Shown here one piece after another: positions 17,656 through 28,079 of a stretch of DNA of 64,000 bases (position 1 is the stretch's first letter; each line of letters starts with the position of its first letter). Below the pieces are notes generated by a model that had not been told where the DNA came from, ran no database searches, and was given only the letters and a program-made list of their open reading frames with translations. The position numbers were made by a program, and so were the translations under genes. Origin of the DNA: Gammaproteobacteria bacterium (GTDB lineage Bacteria > Pseudomonadota > Gammaproteobacteria > Ga0077536); NCBI GenBank assembly GCA_009692365.1, contig SHZJ01000017.1, positions 6,771-70,770 on the forward strand, written 5' to 3'.

Positions 17656-17839
17656 GAAGTTCCGCCTTAAGTTAATAGAGGGCCGGCGCGTGCTCCACAT
17701 CTGCCTGCCGGAACCACTGGTCCAGAGTCGACTGTGCAAGCCAGTGTGCTTTGTAGCACCGCGCCGCCTGTTGCCGCAATCCTACTTTGCCAATTAAGTT
17801 CCAATGCTGCACTGCGTCGGTTCAAAAACCCGCTAAATT

Positions 17840-18607
17840 TTATTTAACGGCCATTTTGGCAGCCATTGCCCGCGCCGAGCGCACGCTAGCGTTGCTCTGA
17901 TTGAACAGGACTTCGCGGCGCACCTGCTCTTGGGCTGGAGTGAGCTGGCGCTCACCCCATTCCCGCCGAACCGCTCGTCCTGCTTGCACCGCGGGCCGCG
18001 CGCCCACCTCATCCACCCAGCGTTTGAGATGGGGAAAGTCAGCCCATACGGTGTCATTGATCAAACGCTCGAGCAGCATGGCCCAGGGCCAACTCAAGAG
18101 GTCTGCGATGCTGTAGTCCGCGCCCGCCAGATGTCGATTAACCGCCAACTGGGCGTCCATCACACCGCACAAACGGTCTACCTCGCCGGTAAAACGCCGA
18201 ATGCCGTAGGCCAACTGCGCCGGGTCATCAACGATTTTCGGCGCGTAGTTCCGGAAGTGATTGGCGTTACCCAGCATGGGTCCCAGATTAGCCATCTGCC
18301 AGTACGCCCATTCCAGCACCTTGTAGCGGGGCGCGCCGCTGACCGGGAGGAAACGGCCAGTCTTGTCGGCCAGATACTCGACAATCGCGCCTGATTCAAA
18401 CAGCGTCAAGGGCGCGCCGCCGCCCGCCGGCGCGTGGTCGACGATCGCGGGCATGCGGTTATTGGGGCTAATCCGCAGAAAGTCTGCCGTGAATTGGTCG
18501 CCGCGCCCGATGTCTATCTCGTGGACTCGATAATCCAGACCACACTCCTCGAGCATGATTGTGACCTTCCAACCGTTCGGCGTGGGCCAGTAATAGACAT
18601 CGATCAT
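17840..18607 (-). CDS. Glutathione S-transferase (Nu-class / YfcG/YghU-like)
   Basis: Start at MIDVYYWPTPNGWKV (GST N-terminal thioredoxin-like motif) and GST C-terminal helices. The longer listed ORF has a non-homologous leader. Confidence 0.8.
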   Translation of the reverse strand: MIDVYYWPTPNGWKVTIMLEECGLDYRVHEIDIGRGDQFTADFLRISPNNRMPAIVDHAPAGGGAPLTLFESGAIVEYLADKTGRFLPVSGAPRYKVLEWAYWQMANLGPMLGNANHFRNYAPKIVDDPAQLAYGIRRFTGEVDRLCGVMDAQLAVNRHLAGADYSIADLLSWPWAMLLERLINDTVWADFPHLKRWVDEVGARPAVQAGRAVRREWGERQLTPAQEQVRREVLFNQSNASVRSARAMAAKMAVK

Positions 18608-18743
18608 CTGCGTACTCCTTAAGTTTGGGCGAAGCGTTGACAGTCTGGCCCGGCGCGCGCCAATGGCGCCCGCGCGCTCCTCGTAGGCACTGCCCACGGC
18701 GCGAGCTATGCTCTCAGCATTCTCACCGAGCGAGGCCACGACC

Positions 18744-20441
18744 ATGCAGTACGACCTCATTATTCGCAATGGCAGCGTGGTGGACGGCTCCGGGGCGCCA
18801 CGTTACCCCGCCGACATCGGCATCATCGATGACCGCATCACTCGCATCGGCCGCATCCGAGCGCCGGCCAAGCGCGTCATCGATGCCGAAGGACAAGTCG
18901 TCACCCCAGGCTTCGTCGATGGCCACACCCACATGGACGCACAGGTCTTCTGGGACCCGCTTGGCTCCTGTTCCTGCTACCACGGGGTCACCACCGTGGT
19001 AATGGGTAATTGTGGCTTTACGCTGGCGCCTTGCGCCGCCGGCGACGCGGAGTTTGTGTTTCGCAACTTGGAGCGTGCCGAGGACCTCTCGCGCGCAGCG
19101 ATGACGGCCGGCATCGACTGGCGCTGGGAAACCTTCCCAGAATATCTCGACGTCATCGACCAACTGCCCAAGGGCATCAATTATGGCGGCTACATCGGCC
19201 ACTCCGCGTTGCGCACCTATGTGATGGGCGAGCGCGCCTTCGCCGAGCAGGCGAGCGGCGACGAACTACGCCGCATGCAGCATCTGGTCCAGGAAGCCCT
19301 GCGCGCAGGTGCCATTGGCTTCTCCACCTCGCGCTCGGTCAATCACCTGACTTCCGATGACCGCCCGGTCGCCAGCCGCATCGCGGAGTGGAGCGAAGTG
19401 CGGGCGATCGTCAACGCGATGGGCGAACTGGGTGCGGGCATCTTTGAACTGGCCGGCGAGGAGCCCGGGCGCAGCCCGCGGCGGCGGCGCGAGTATTTCG
19501 ACCGCCTCAAAAACCTGGCGGTGGAGTCTGGCTGTCCGGTGACCTTCGGCATGCCCAGCATTCGCATCGCCCCAGATTTGTGGCCGGGCTACTACGAACT
19601 TGCCAACGAAACCGCCGCCGCCGGCGGGCGCATGTTTGTGCAAGCCCATAGCCGTTCCATCTCAACGCTGCTCTCCTTCAAATCGCACACCCCTTTCGAC
19701 CATTGGGAAGGGTGGCGGGATGTGCGCAGCCGCCCCCTGGAGGAACAAAAGCGGCTGCTGCGCGATCCAGACATCAAACGTCGGCTGGTCGAAGTAGCCA
19801 GCGCGCCCTACGCCGGGCCAAGTGTGGTGGGGGCCGAGGCCCGGCCGCCCGAGTGGGATTGGCTATACGTGGTGAACGGCATCGGCGATGAAGAACTCAT
19901 GAGCGAGGTCGCCGCGCGGCGCGGTGTGGCGCCCGCGCAGGCCATGATCGATGTGGCGCTGGAACGCGACCTGGAGGTGTTCTTCCGACAACCGCTAGCC
20001 AACGAAGACCAAAACGCGGTGCTGCAAATGATGCGACATCCGCGCAGCGTGGTGACGTTCTCCGATTCCGGCGCGCATGTGGCCCAAATCATGGATTCCT
20101 CGCTGCAAACCCATCTCCTCAGCCACTGGGTGCGCGAGCGCGAGGCCTTCACGCTGGAAGAAGCCGTGCGCATGATTACCTATGACACGGCCTCCGCGTG
20201 GGGGCTGCACGATCGAGGTTTGTTGCGGGAGGGGCTCAACGCAGACCTCGTGATTTTCGACCCGGCCACGATCAATCAAAACATGCCGGAGCTGGTCAAT
20301 GACCTGCCGAGCGGTGCCCAGCGGCTCAAGCAGACCGCGCGCGGGATCAGCCACACCGTGGTGAACGGCCGGGTGCTCCTGGAAGACAATGTGCCCACCG
20401 GCGAGCTACCCGGGCGGCTCATCCGTAAAACGGTGCTGTAG
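18744..20441 (+). CDS. N-acyl-D-amino-acid deacylase (D-aminoacylase) family amidohydrolase
   Basis: MQYDLIIRNGSVVDGSGAPRYPADIGIIDDRITRIG is the hallmark N-terminus. HxH metal ligands (FVDGHTHMD) and TFSDSGAHV later in the protein. Confidence 0.8.
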   Translation: MQYDLIIRNGSVVDGSGAPRYPADIGIIDDRITRIGRIRAPAKRVIDAEGQVVTPGFVDGHTHMDAQVFWDPLGSCSCYHGVTTVVMGNCGFTLAPCAAGDAEFVFRNLERAEDLSRAAMTAGIDWRWETFPEYLDVIDQLPKGINYGGYIGHSALRTYVMGERAFAEQASGDELRRMQHLVQEALRAGAIGFSTSRSVNHLTSDDRPVASRIAEWSEVRAIVNAMGELGAGIFELAGEEPGRSPRRRREYFDRLKNLAVESGCPVTFGMPSIRIAPDLWPGYYELANETAAAGGRMFVQAHSRSISTLLSFKSHTPFDHWEGWRDVRSRPLEEQKRLLRDPDIKRRLVEVASAPYAGPSVVGAEARPPEWDWLYVVNGIGDEELMSEVAARRGVAPAQAMIDVALERDLEVFFRQPLANEDQNAVLQMMRHPRSVVTFSDSGAHVAQIMDSSLQTHLLSHWVREREAFTLEEAVRMITYDTASAWGLHDRGLLREGLNADLVIFDPATINQNMPELVNDLPSGAQRLKQTARGISHTVVNGRVLLEDNVPTGELPGRLIRKTVL

Positions 20442-20505
20442 GTCGTGAGCGGGCCACCCGTGGGCCCGTTCTAAACTTCCAGCGAGTGCCGCCGATTCAC
20501 TCCCC

Positions 20506-21804
20506 ATGAAACTCATCATCATCGACACTTCGCGCGAATGGATGGCGGCCGTTCGACGCACGCTGGCGCGCGCCCTGCCCGACATCGAGATTACCGAATA
20601 CGACGCCGATCAACAGGGCCCACCGGCGAGCGACTTCCGCTGGAACCTCTACGATGCCGCCCTGATCAGCCACGAACTGGGCGATTTGCCCCGCGGGCTG
20701 ACGTGGTTCGACCGCTATCGCGGCCTCCCAGGCTTTCCGCCGACCGTGCTGGTGGCGGCCGGCGGCGACGCCTACCTCGCGGTTGCGGCCATGAAGGCCG
20801 GCGCCGCCGATTATCTGCGCCGTGAGGATGCGCTCAGCGAGCGTCTGCCCGCGGTGTTGGGCGCGATCGCACGCCCCTCGGCGGGGTCGGAGTCTACGCT
20901 CCGAATCGCCGGCGGCGCGCGGCGCGCCCCGGAGGACTCTCTGCTGATCAGGCGGCGGCTACCCGATGACACCGCGCATCGCTTTGTGCGGCTGATTGGT
21001 CAGGGCGGATTTTCGCGGGTTTATCTGGCCGAACGAGAATTAGACGGCTCGCCGGTGGTGTTGAAAATTATCGACACCCGCCAGATCCTCGATCCGGCAA
21101 TGCTCCGCCGCTTCATCCGCGAAGCGGAGATCATGTCCAGTATTGTCGATCCGTTTGTGGTGAAAGTGTTTGGTCAGGGCTTGACCGCCAACTACGGCTA
21201 CATCTCGATGGAATTCTTTCCGGGTGGGGACCTCAAGCAGCGCATTGAACGGGGGCTAACGGTACCCGAAGCCACCGACTGCATGCGGGGCATCGCGCGG
21301 GGTCTTGAAGCCATCCATCAACGCTCGGTGATCCACCGGGATCTAAAACCCGGCAACATTATGTTTCGCGCCGACCACTCGCTCGCGCTTGCCGATTTTG
21401 GTATTTCACGCCGGGTTAACGAGTCGCTCGACCTCACCACCGCGACCGGCACTCTGGGTACGCCCGGTTACATCAGCCCCGAACAGGCGCTGGGGACTCC
21501 GGTCGACCATCGCACCGATCTCTACAGCGCCGGGATTATTTTCTATGAACTGCTCACCGGCCGCAAACCATTCCGGGCGGAGTCCCCGGCCGGATTGGTC
21601 TATCAGCATATTCATAGCACCCCCCCGCCGCTGCCGGCCCCGATAGCGCCCGCCCAGCCCATCGTCGACATGCTCCTGGCGAAAGACCCTGACGCGCGCT
21701 TCGGCAGCGCCGAAGAACTCCTACAAAGCCTCGACGAATGGCTGCCCGGCCCGACTTGGGGCGAGCGATCGCGCCCCCCAGAGTGGCTCCAGCGCGCCCA
21801 TTAG
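20506..21804 (+). CDS. Hanks-type Ser/Thr protein kinase with N-terminal receiver-like (pseudo-REC) domain
   Basis: Kinase subdomains: VVLKIID (Lys), HRDLKPGNIMF (catalytic loop), DFGISR (DFG), GTPGYISPEQ (activation segment and P+1). The N-terminal ~125 aa has CheY-like topology with conserved Thr (TVLVAAGG) and Lys (AMKAGAADYL), but His (ALISHELGD) sits where the phospho-Asp is expected. Confidence 0.8.
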   Translation: MKLIIIDTSREWMAAVRRTLARALPDIEITEYDADQQGPPASDFRWNLYDAALISHELGDLPRGLTWFDRYRGLPGFPPTVLVAAGGDAYLAVAAMKAGAADYLRREDALSERLPAVLGAIARPSAGSESTLRIAGGARRAPEDSLLIRRRLPDDTAHRFVRLIGQGGFSRVYLAERELDGSPVVLKIIDTRQILDPAMLRRFIREAEIMSSIVDPFVVKVFGQGLTANYGYISMEFFPGGDLKQRIERGLTVPEATDCMRGIARGLEAIHQRSVIHRDLKPGNIMFRADHSLALADFGISRRVNESLDLTTATGTLGTPGYISPEQALGTPVDHRTDLYSAGIIFYELLTGRKPFRAESPAGLVYQHIHSTPPPLPAPIAPAQPIVDMLLAKDPDARFGSAEELLQSLDEWLPGPTWGERSRPPEWLQRAH

Positions 21805-21892
21805 CCCACCGCCAACGACGCGCTTTATCTGCACCGAACGACGCCCAGCCTGCTTATAATCGGGCGCATTCAACAACCGGGCGGCACCTACG

Positions 21893-23215
21893 ATGGCTGG
21901 TATTTTCAAGGCTTACGATATTCGCGGCATTTATGGCGAAACGCTCACCGCCGACCTCGCCACGAGCATCGCGCGCGCATTCGTGGATTATCTCGGCTGT
22001 CGCTCGGTCGTTATCGGGCGTGATATGCGCGCCCATTCACCGGCCATGTTCGAGGCGCTGGCGCGTGGGGTAACCGAACAGGGCGCGCAGGTGATCGACG
22101 TGGGTCTGTGCAGCACGCCCATGTGCTACTACGCGAACGGCAGCTTGGGCGCACAGGGCAGCATCATGATCACCGCCTCGCATAACCCCGGCGAGTGGAA
22201 CGGCATGAAACTCTGTCGCGCAGACGCCGTGCCCATCAGCGGGCCCACCGGGATCGCAGCGATCGAGGAACTGGTCAACGCGCGGCAGTTTAAAGCGCCC
22301 GCCGCGCGGCCCGGCAACATCGTGAAGCACGATATTGCGCCCGCTTACGCGGCCCACATTCGCGCCCTAGCGCACTTCCAGCGGCCCCTGCACCTCGCGG
22401 TGGATTACGCCAACGCCATGGGCTGCGTGGAGGCCGAGGCGCTGCGCGGCCTGTACACGGAGGTAGGTTTGTTTGACGAGCTAGACGGCTCGTTTCCGAA
22501 TCACGAAGCCAATCCCCTCGATCACGAAACACTGGTGCCACTCCAGCAGCTGATCCGCGGCCAAGGGGGCTTCGACTTTGGCATTGCCTTCGACGGTGAC
22601 GCCGACCGGGTGGGGTTCGTCGACGAACGTGGCGACATCGTGCCCATGGATCTCATCACCGCACTCATCGCCCAGACGCTGCTCAAAGACCAACCCGGAC
22701 GTATTTTCTACGACCTACGCAGCAGCAAGGCCGTGCGCGAGGTTATCCTTGAAGCGGGTGGCGAGCCGCTGATGTCGCGGGTGGGACATGCCTTCATCAA
22801 GCAACAAATGCGCGCCGCTGATGCGCTCTTTGCCGGCGAATTGTCGGGTCACTATTATTTTCGCGAAAATTTCTTTGCCGAGAGTTCAGCCCTGGCGGTG
22901 ATCTACGTCGCCAATCTCGTGAGTGCCAGCGCCCAACCGCTCTCGGCGCTCATTGCCCCGCTGCGCCGCTACGCGCCGAGCGGCGAAATCAATTCAACGG
23001 TACAGGACGTTGCGGCGGTCTTTGGCCGTTTACGCGGGGCGTACTCGGACGCACAATTTACTGAACTAGACGGCCTGAGCGTGGAATATCCTGATTGGTG
23101 GTTCAATGTGCGCGCCTCTAATACCGAGCCGCTCGTGCGCCTCAATCTGGAAGCCGCAACCTTGGTAGACATGGCGGCGAGGCGCGACCAAGTGCTGCAG
23201 ATCATTCGGGCGTGA
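21893..23215 (+). CDS. Phosphomannomutase/phosphoglucomutase (alpha-D-phosphohexomutase family)
   Basis: Active-site loop TASHNPGEWNGMK (phosphoserine), Mg-binding FDGDADR and sugar-binding GELSGHYYF motifs. Confidence 0.85.
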   Translation: MAGIFKAYDIRGIYGETLTADLATSIARAFVDYLGCRSVVIGRDMRAHSPAMFEALARGVTEQGAQVIDVGLCSTPMCYYANGSLGAQGSIMITASHNPGEWNGMKLCRADAVPISGPTGIAAIEELVNARQFKAPAARPGNIVKHDIAPAYAAHIRALAHFQRPLHLAVDYANAMGCVEAEALRGLYTEVGLFDELDGSFPNHEANPLDHETLVPLQQLIRGQGGFDFGIAFDGDADRVGFVDERGDIVPMDLITALIAQTLLKDQPGRIFYDLRSSKAVREVILEAGGEPLMSRVGHAFIKQQMRAADALFAGELSGHYYFRENFFAESSALAVIYVANLVSASAQPLSALIAPLRRYAPSGEINSTVQDVAAVFGRLRGAYSDAQFTELDGLSVEYPDWWFNVRASNTEPLVRLNLEAATLVDMAARRDQVLQIIRA

Positions 23216-23255
23216 GCGCGCTTGGGCGCTGGCGGCACCCGCCGCCGAAAAAATG

Positions 23256-24308
23256 TCAACGATCTCGGCAAATCTCGCCGGCGATAGCGCCCAACGGCAG
23301 GCTGCGCTGGACCGCGCCGCGCTTCACCGCTTCTTTGGGCATGCCGTAAACCACGCAGGTGGCCTCGTCCTGCGCCACGGTGCGCGCACCGACGTCGAAC
23401 ATCTCCTTGAGCCCCGCCGCACCATCGTCCCCCATGCCGGTCATGATGACCCCCAAGGCATTGCGCCCGGCCGCCTTAGCGGTAGAGCGAAACAGCACAT
23501 CGACCGAGGGCCGATGCCGGCTCACGGGCGGGCCGTCTACGATATCCACGTGGTAGTAGGCGCCGCTGCGCTTCAACAGCAGGTGGCGGCCGCCGGGCGC
23601 AATGAGCGCCAAACCCGGAATAACGCGGTCGTTGTGCGCCGCCTCGCGCACTTCGATGGCGCAAATAATATTCAGCCGCGCGGCAAAAGCCGCCGTGAAT
23701 TTCTCGGGCATGTGCTGCACGATGACGATGCCCGGCGCGACCCGCGGCAGCGTGGTCAATACCGCTTCCAGGGCCTGCGTGCCGCCAGTGGAAGTGCCGA
23801 TGGCCACTATGCGCTCGGTAGTCTGCGCGAGCGCCTGCCCGGCGGGCGGTGCCAGCACCACATCTGCGTTTAATTTTGCCGGGACCTTCGCCAGGCTATC
23901 CAGCGACGGCCGAATGAGCCCGACCCGCGCCTGCGCCGCCGCCTTGATCGCCTGCGCCAACTCCGCCGCCGATTCTTCTAAGAAACGCTTCAGCGCCACT
24001 TTAGGCTTCACGATAATCTCGACCGCGCCAGCCGCTAGCGCCTGCATCGTGGTGTCCGCGCCCTTTTCGGTTAGCGTCGAGCAAATCACCACTGGGGTGG
24101 GCCGCTCGGCCATAATTTTACGCAGAAACGTGATGCCGTCCATGCGGGGCATCTCGACATCCAGCACGATGACGTCTGGCCACTCGCGCCGCATCTTCTC
24201 CAGCGCGTAGAGCGGGTCGGGGGCAACCCCCAGCAAGCGCAGACCAACAGTCTTGGTGATGATGTCGCTCATGACCTGCCGCACGACGGCCGAATCGTCC
24301 ACCACCAT
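23256..24308 (-). CDS. cheB: Chemotaxis response regulator protein-glutamate methylesterase CheB
   Basis: REC domain ([14 protein letters not shown] ... [13 protein letters not shown] ... KP) plus C-terminal methylesterase domain (GTSTGG, H and D of the catalytic triad). Start taken at the internal Met to avoid a 52-bp overlap with cheD; 24377 is the alternative. Confidence 0.9.
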   Translation of the reverse strand: MVVDDSAVVRQVMSDIITKTVGLRLLGVAPDPLYALEKMRREWPDVIVLDVEMPRMDGITFLRKIMAERPTPVVICSTLTEKGADTTMQALAAGAVEIIVKPKVALKRFLEESAAELAQAIKAAAQARVGLIRPSLDSLAKVPAKLNADVVLAPPAGQALAQTTERIVAIGTSTGGTQALEAVLTTLPRVAPGIVIVQHMPEKFTAAFAARLNIICAIEVREAAHNDRVIPGLALIAPGGRHLLLKRSGAYYHVDIVDGPPVSRHRPSVDVLFRSTAKAAGRNALGVIMTGMGDDGAAGLKEMFDVGARTVAQDEATCVVYGMPKEAVKRGAVQRSLPLGAIAGEICRDR

Positions 24309-24325
24309 CACGCTGATCACAGTAG

Positions 24326-24823
24326 TCAACGCGCGCTGACCGGCGGTTGATGCTTCACCCACACGTTGCCGTCCCACAGGTCGAACATCACCACCCGATG
24401 GCCGTCGCCGCCCACGTGGCTGGCCTTGACGGGCTGCCCGTGGAGCGCGAGTAATTCGAGCCCCGCCACGACGTTCTGCCGACCGATCGCCAAGCGACCG
24501 CTTCTTGCCACCGTCGGGAACATATCGCCCCCACCGAAGACCTTGATTTCATATTCGTTGGGATCGCTGCCGTGGCGCACCGACTCCCGCAAAAACATCA
24601 GATAGGCCTCATCGCCAAAGCGACCGTCTAAATCGCCGCTGCGGCGCGCGCCACGCGTCGGCAGCATGTAGTGACACATCGCGCCGTAGTGCCGCCGCGG
24701 ATGCCACATCGTGATAGCGACGCACGAGCCCAGCAGGGTACGCAGGCGCACATCCGCATCATCGCTGAACTGAAACTCACCCGGCTGCAGGAAAAATTCT
24801 AGATATTCATTCGCGGCACGCAT
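24326..24823 (-). CDS. cheD: Chemoreceptor glutamine deamidase CheD
   Basis: 165 aa. The [11 protein letters not shown] block contains the catalytic Cys. Confidence 0.85.
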   Translation of the reverse strand: MRAANEYLEFFLQPGEFQFSDDADVRLRTLLGSCVAITMWHPRRHYGAMCHYMLPTRGARRSGDLDGRFGDEAYLMFLRESVRHGSDPNEYEIKVFGGGDMFPTVARSGRLAIGRQNVVAGLELLALHGQPVKASHVGGDGHRVVMFDLWDGNVWVKHQPPVSAR

Positions 24824-24826
24824 CCC

Positions 24827-25666
24827 CTAGCCTCGGTCCTGACGTTGGTAGATGGCCGGCTGGAGGCTAGTCAGCGGGAGATTCATACCGTGCAGACTCT
24901 CCGAATGACCACAGAAGAAAAACCCGCCGGGTCGCAGCACCGAGCACAACTGGCGAACGACCGTGGCCTTGGTTTCCATATCAAAATAGATCAACACGTT
25001 GCGGAGGAAAATCAAATCGAAAACCCCGACCTCGGGGAGCGGCGCGATGAGGTTGATCTGCCGAAAGTTTACGCGCCGACGCAAGTCCGGCATTAGCCGA
25101 AAAGTACCCTCCTGCGAGCGCACACCCCGCAGACAAAAACGCGTTAACAGCGCCCGGGGGATCTGTTCGGCGCGCGCCATGGCGTAGTGCGCGGACTGCG
25201 CCCGTGTGAGCATCCGAGTGCTGACATCCGAACCCATGATTTCCCAAGTCCCCGGGGCCAGGCGCGCGGCCAGCAGCATGGCGATGCTCCACACTTCCTC
25301 CCCGCTGGAGCAGGCAGCGCTCCACACCCGATAGGTTGCACCCGGCAATCGGGCCGGCAGCGCCCGGTCGCGCAGAAAGTCGAAGTGCTTAGGCTCGCGG
25401 AAAAAATAGGTCTCGTTAGTGGTGAGTAAATCGAGCGCAATTTGCGGCTCGCCCGCCTCGCCGCCGCTCGTGATGAGTCGATAGTACGCGCCAAAACTGT
25501 CGAGCCCAAAATGGATCAAGCGCTTTTGCAGACGACTCATCACGAGCGGTTTTTTTGCGGGCGCTAAATTGATGCCGACCTGGGCATACACCCAGTCACG
25601 GATCAGCTTAAATTCGGGATCGCTTAAAATATTGACGGCCATACGGACGGGATATCCCTTTAGCAC
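24827..25666 (-). CDS. cheR: Chemotaxis protein methyltransferase CheR
   Basis: N-terminal CheR helical domain (F.LIRDWVYA..GI) and SAM-binding VWSAACSSGEE plus FCRNVLIYF motifs. Confidence 0.9.
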   Translation of the reverse strand: MLKGYPVRMAVNILSDPEFKLIRDWVYAQVGINLAPAKKPLVMSRLQKRLIHFGLDSFGAYYRLITSGGEAGEPQIALDLLTTNETYFFREPKHFDFLRDRALPARLPGATYRVWSAACSSGEEVWSIAMLLAARLAPGTWEIMGSDVSTRMLTRAQSAHYAMARAEQIPRALLTRFCLRGVRSQEGTFRLMPDLRRRVNFRQINLIAPLPEVGVFDLIFLRNVLIYFDMETKATVVRQLCSVLRPGGFFFCGHSESLHGMNLPLTSLQPAIYQRQDRG

Positions 25667-25701
25667 CAGGGCGGCGCTGGCGAGGCGATGCGGGTAACCC
25701 G

Positions 25702-26205
25702 CTAGGCGGTCGTCGCGCCCAAGGCGGCAATCTCGTGGATGGACAGCACCGTTGAGCTGTCGAGTATCACCACAAAGCCCCCGTTAACCTTACCCATGCC
25801 GCGGATGAAGTCGGTCCGCAATTTGGCCCCAAAAGCCGGCGGCGGCTCGATATCAGTCGCCGGAATCTCGATCACTTGATTGACACCATCCACCATGATT
25901 CCGACGTCCAATTGCTCACCATCCGCGTGCACCTCTAGAATCACCACGCAGGTGCGGCGCGTTGGCGTGCTCTGGGGCCGCCCAAATCGCACCGCCAAAT
26001 CCACCACCGGCACCACCCGCCCGCGCAGGTTCAACACGCCCCGCACGCAGTCCGCCATTAACGGCACATTGGTCAAGTCCGGGTATTCCAGAATTTCCTT
26101 GATCATTAAAATTGGCATCGCGAAGGTTTCTTCGCCCAGCCGAAAAGTAAGGTACTGCTGGTGCTCGGCACCAGCACCATCGCCCTGCGCGGCAGCTTGC
26201 ATCAT
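25702..26205 (-). CDS. cheW: Chemotaxis coupling protein CheW
   Basis: 167 aa. Conserved blocks YLTFRLGEETFAMPI, GVLNLRGRVVPVVDL and VDGVNQV. Confidence 0.85.
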   Translation of the reverse strand: MMQAAAQGDGAGAEHQQYLTFRLGEETFAMPILMIKEILEYPDLTNVPLMADCVRGVLNLRGRVVPVVDLAVRFGRPQSTPTRRTCVVILEVHADGEQLDVGIMVDGVNQVIEIPATDIEPPPAFGAKLRTDFIRGMGKVNGGFVVILDSSTVLSIHEIAALGATTA

Positions 26206-26210
26206 GCCCC

Positions 26211-28043
26211 CTAGAACTTTACGAACTCAGAATCGCTGGCCTCGGACTCCGCGAAGCGTGCGCCACCCGCAGCCCGGCTAGGCGGGGCGCGGCGGGGCGC
26301 CGCCACCGCACGCGGCGCCACACTACGCGCGTCCGGACTCCGGCCACGGGCCACGCTGTCCAGCCGAAAAAACGCCATAAGCTCGCGTAATTGCGCCGCC
26401 TTGCCGTTCATTTCTTCCGCCGTGGCCGCCAATTCCTCCGCCGCCGAGGCGTTTTGTTGGGTGGCCTGATTGAGCTGATTGATCGCCGAATTGATCTGCG
26501 TAGCGCCGGTGGCCTGCTCGCTCGAAGCCGCCGCGATTTCCTGCACAAGGTCGGAGGTTTTCTGGATCGCCGGCACAATTTCGCTGAGCAGGGTGCCGGC
26601 CCGTTCGGCGAGTTGCACGCTGTTGCCAGCCAGCCCGCTAATTTCCTGTGCCGCCACTTGGCTGCGCTCAGCCAGCTTGCGCACTTCGGCGGCGACCACC
26701 GCAAAACCACGCCCATGCTCACCGGCCCGCGCCGCTTCTATCGCCGCATTGAGCGCGAGCAAATTAGTTTGATAAGCGATGTCGTCGATAATGCCGATTT
26801 TCTGTGCAATGGTTTTCATCGCCTGCACGGTCTCGCGCACGGCCACGCCGCCTTCGGAAGCTTCTTGCGCCGCCTTCCCGGCCATGCCATCGGTGACCTT
26901 GGCGTTCTCGCTGTTTTGATTGATCGAGGCCGCCATCTCCTCGATGGACGCACTCGACTCCTCCACGCTCGCCGCCTGCTCACTCGCCGCCTGGCTAATC
27001 GACTGCGCGGTGGCGCTCACCTGTTCGGCCGCGTTCAAAATGGCCTCGGTGGTCGTGCTGACCTCGGAGATCGTGGCGGAGAGGCGGTCTACGGTGTCGT
27101 TACACGCGTCTTTCAAGGCGCCAAAAGTGCCCTGATAGTCGTTCGTTATTTTCTCCGTCAGGTCGCCGTCGGCCAGCGCTGACAGCACTCGCAGCACCTC
27201 GGCCAGGCCGGTGTCGCAGGTCCCCACCAAGGCGTTGATGTGGTCGCAAAGCTGGCGAAAAAAACCCTGCTTGCCGGCGGTCTCCAGGCGACGGTTAAAG
27301 TCACCCGCTGAAGCTGCCGCCACCACTGCCGCCAGTTCGTTTTCGACGACGACCTCATCGGAACGGTCTTTCCATTCCGCTACCGAGCCCAGACGCTCGC
27401 CCTTCTCGTCGCTGATGGGCGAGGCGGTAAGCGAGAACGTACGCCCTCCCACCACGATTTGCGCCACATGCGGGCTGCGGAGTTGCCCCAGCAAGTTGCG
27501 CTGATGCGCGGGGTTTTTGTGAAACACATCGAAATTCACACCCACCAGGCGCTTGGCGTCGAAATGGACTAATTCCTTGCGGATGTCGGCTTCCGCGTTG
27601 CTCAGCATCGTCTGCAAAGAATGGTTCAGGTACCGAATGATCCCATCGCGGTCGGCGATCATCACATTCGCGGTGGCGTTATCCAGCGCATGTTTGATCC
27701 GGATGTGCTCCGCCAGATGTTCCTCGGCGCCGCGCAGGTGACCACGCACCTCGTCCATCGCCGCAGTAATCAGCGCTTTACGTCCCGGCAGCCGCTCGAA
27801 TTCCTGCGAGAGGTCGCCGCCAACATATTGGGTGATGCAGTCCACTACCTGCATCTTGACGGCGATATGCGAATGGACCAGCGCATTGATGGTTTCGGCG
27901 ATCGCCCGCTGGTCGCCTTCGAAGCCCTGCAGGGGAATTCGGTAATCGATGGCGCCCGCCAGGTGCTCTTGCTGCATGCGGGTAGCCGCTGCGCTGAGTT
28001 GTTCCAACTGCCGAGTGCCTTTGTTTAGATCGAAGATTCCCAT
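26211..28043 (-). CDS. Soluble (no TM) methyl-accepting chemotaxis protein with PAS and HAMP domains (Aer2/McpB-like)
   Basis: No hydrophobic segments. The PAS region ([19 protein letters not shown] ... [11 protein letters not shown]) is followed by HAMP-like repeats, then the MCP signalling domain ([37 protein letters not shown]). Confidence 0.85.
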   Translation of the reverse strand: MGIFDLNKGTRQLEQLSAAATRMQQEHLAGAIDYRIPLQGFEGDQRAIAETINALVHSHIAVKMQVVDCITQYVGGDLSQEFERLPGRKALITAAMDEVRGHLRGAEEHLAEHIRIKHALDNATANVMIADRDGIIRYLNHSLQTMLSNAEADIRKELVHFDAKRLVGVNFDVFHKNPAHQRNLLGQLRSPHVAQIVVGGRTFSLTASPISDEKGERLGSVAEWKDRSDEVVVENELAAVVAAASAGDFNRRLETAGKQGFFRQLCDHINALVGTCDTGLAEVLRVLSALADGDLTEKITNDYQGTFGALKDACNDTVDRLSATISEVSTTTEAILNAAEQVSATAQSISQAASEQAASVEESSASIEEMAASINQNSENAKVTDGMAGKAAQEASEGGVAVRETVQAMKTIAQKIGIIDDIAYQTNLLALNAAIEAARAGEHGRGFAVVAAEVRKLAERSQVAAQEISGLAGNSVQLAERAGTLLSEIVPAIQKTSDLVQEIAAASSEQATGATQINSAINQLNQATQQNASAAEELAATAEEMNGKAAQLRELMAFFRLDSVARGRSPDARSVAPRAVAAPRRAPPSRAAGGARFAESEASDSEFVKF

Positions 28044-28079
28044 GTCCGCCTACCTCTCGTTTGGTTGGAATGGATGGCC

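Noticed and set aside
16333-17670. 445-aa plus-strand ORF
   Set aside because: It is antisense to the DUF1329 gene. It is Arg/His/Val-rich with no recognisable motif, whereas the minus-strand product has a signal peptide and family-like sequence.
23216-23255. Hairpin GGCGGC-ACCC-GCCGCC between manB-like and cheB
   Set aside because: The A/T run is on the wrong side for either converging gene, so it was not called a terminator.
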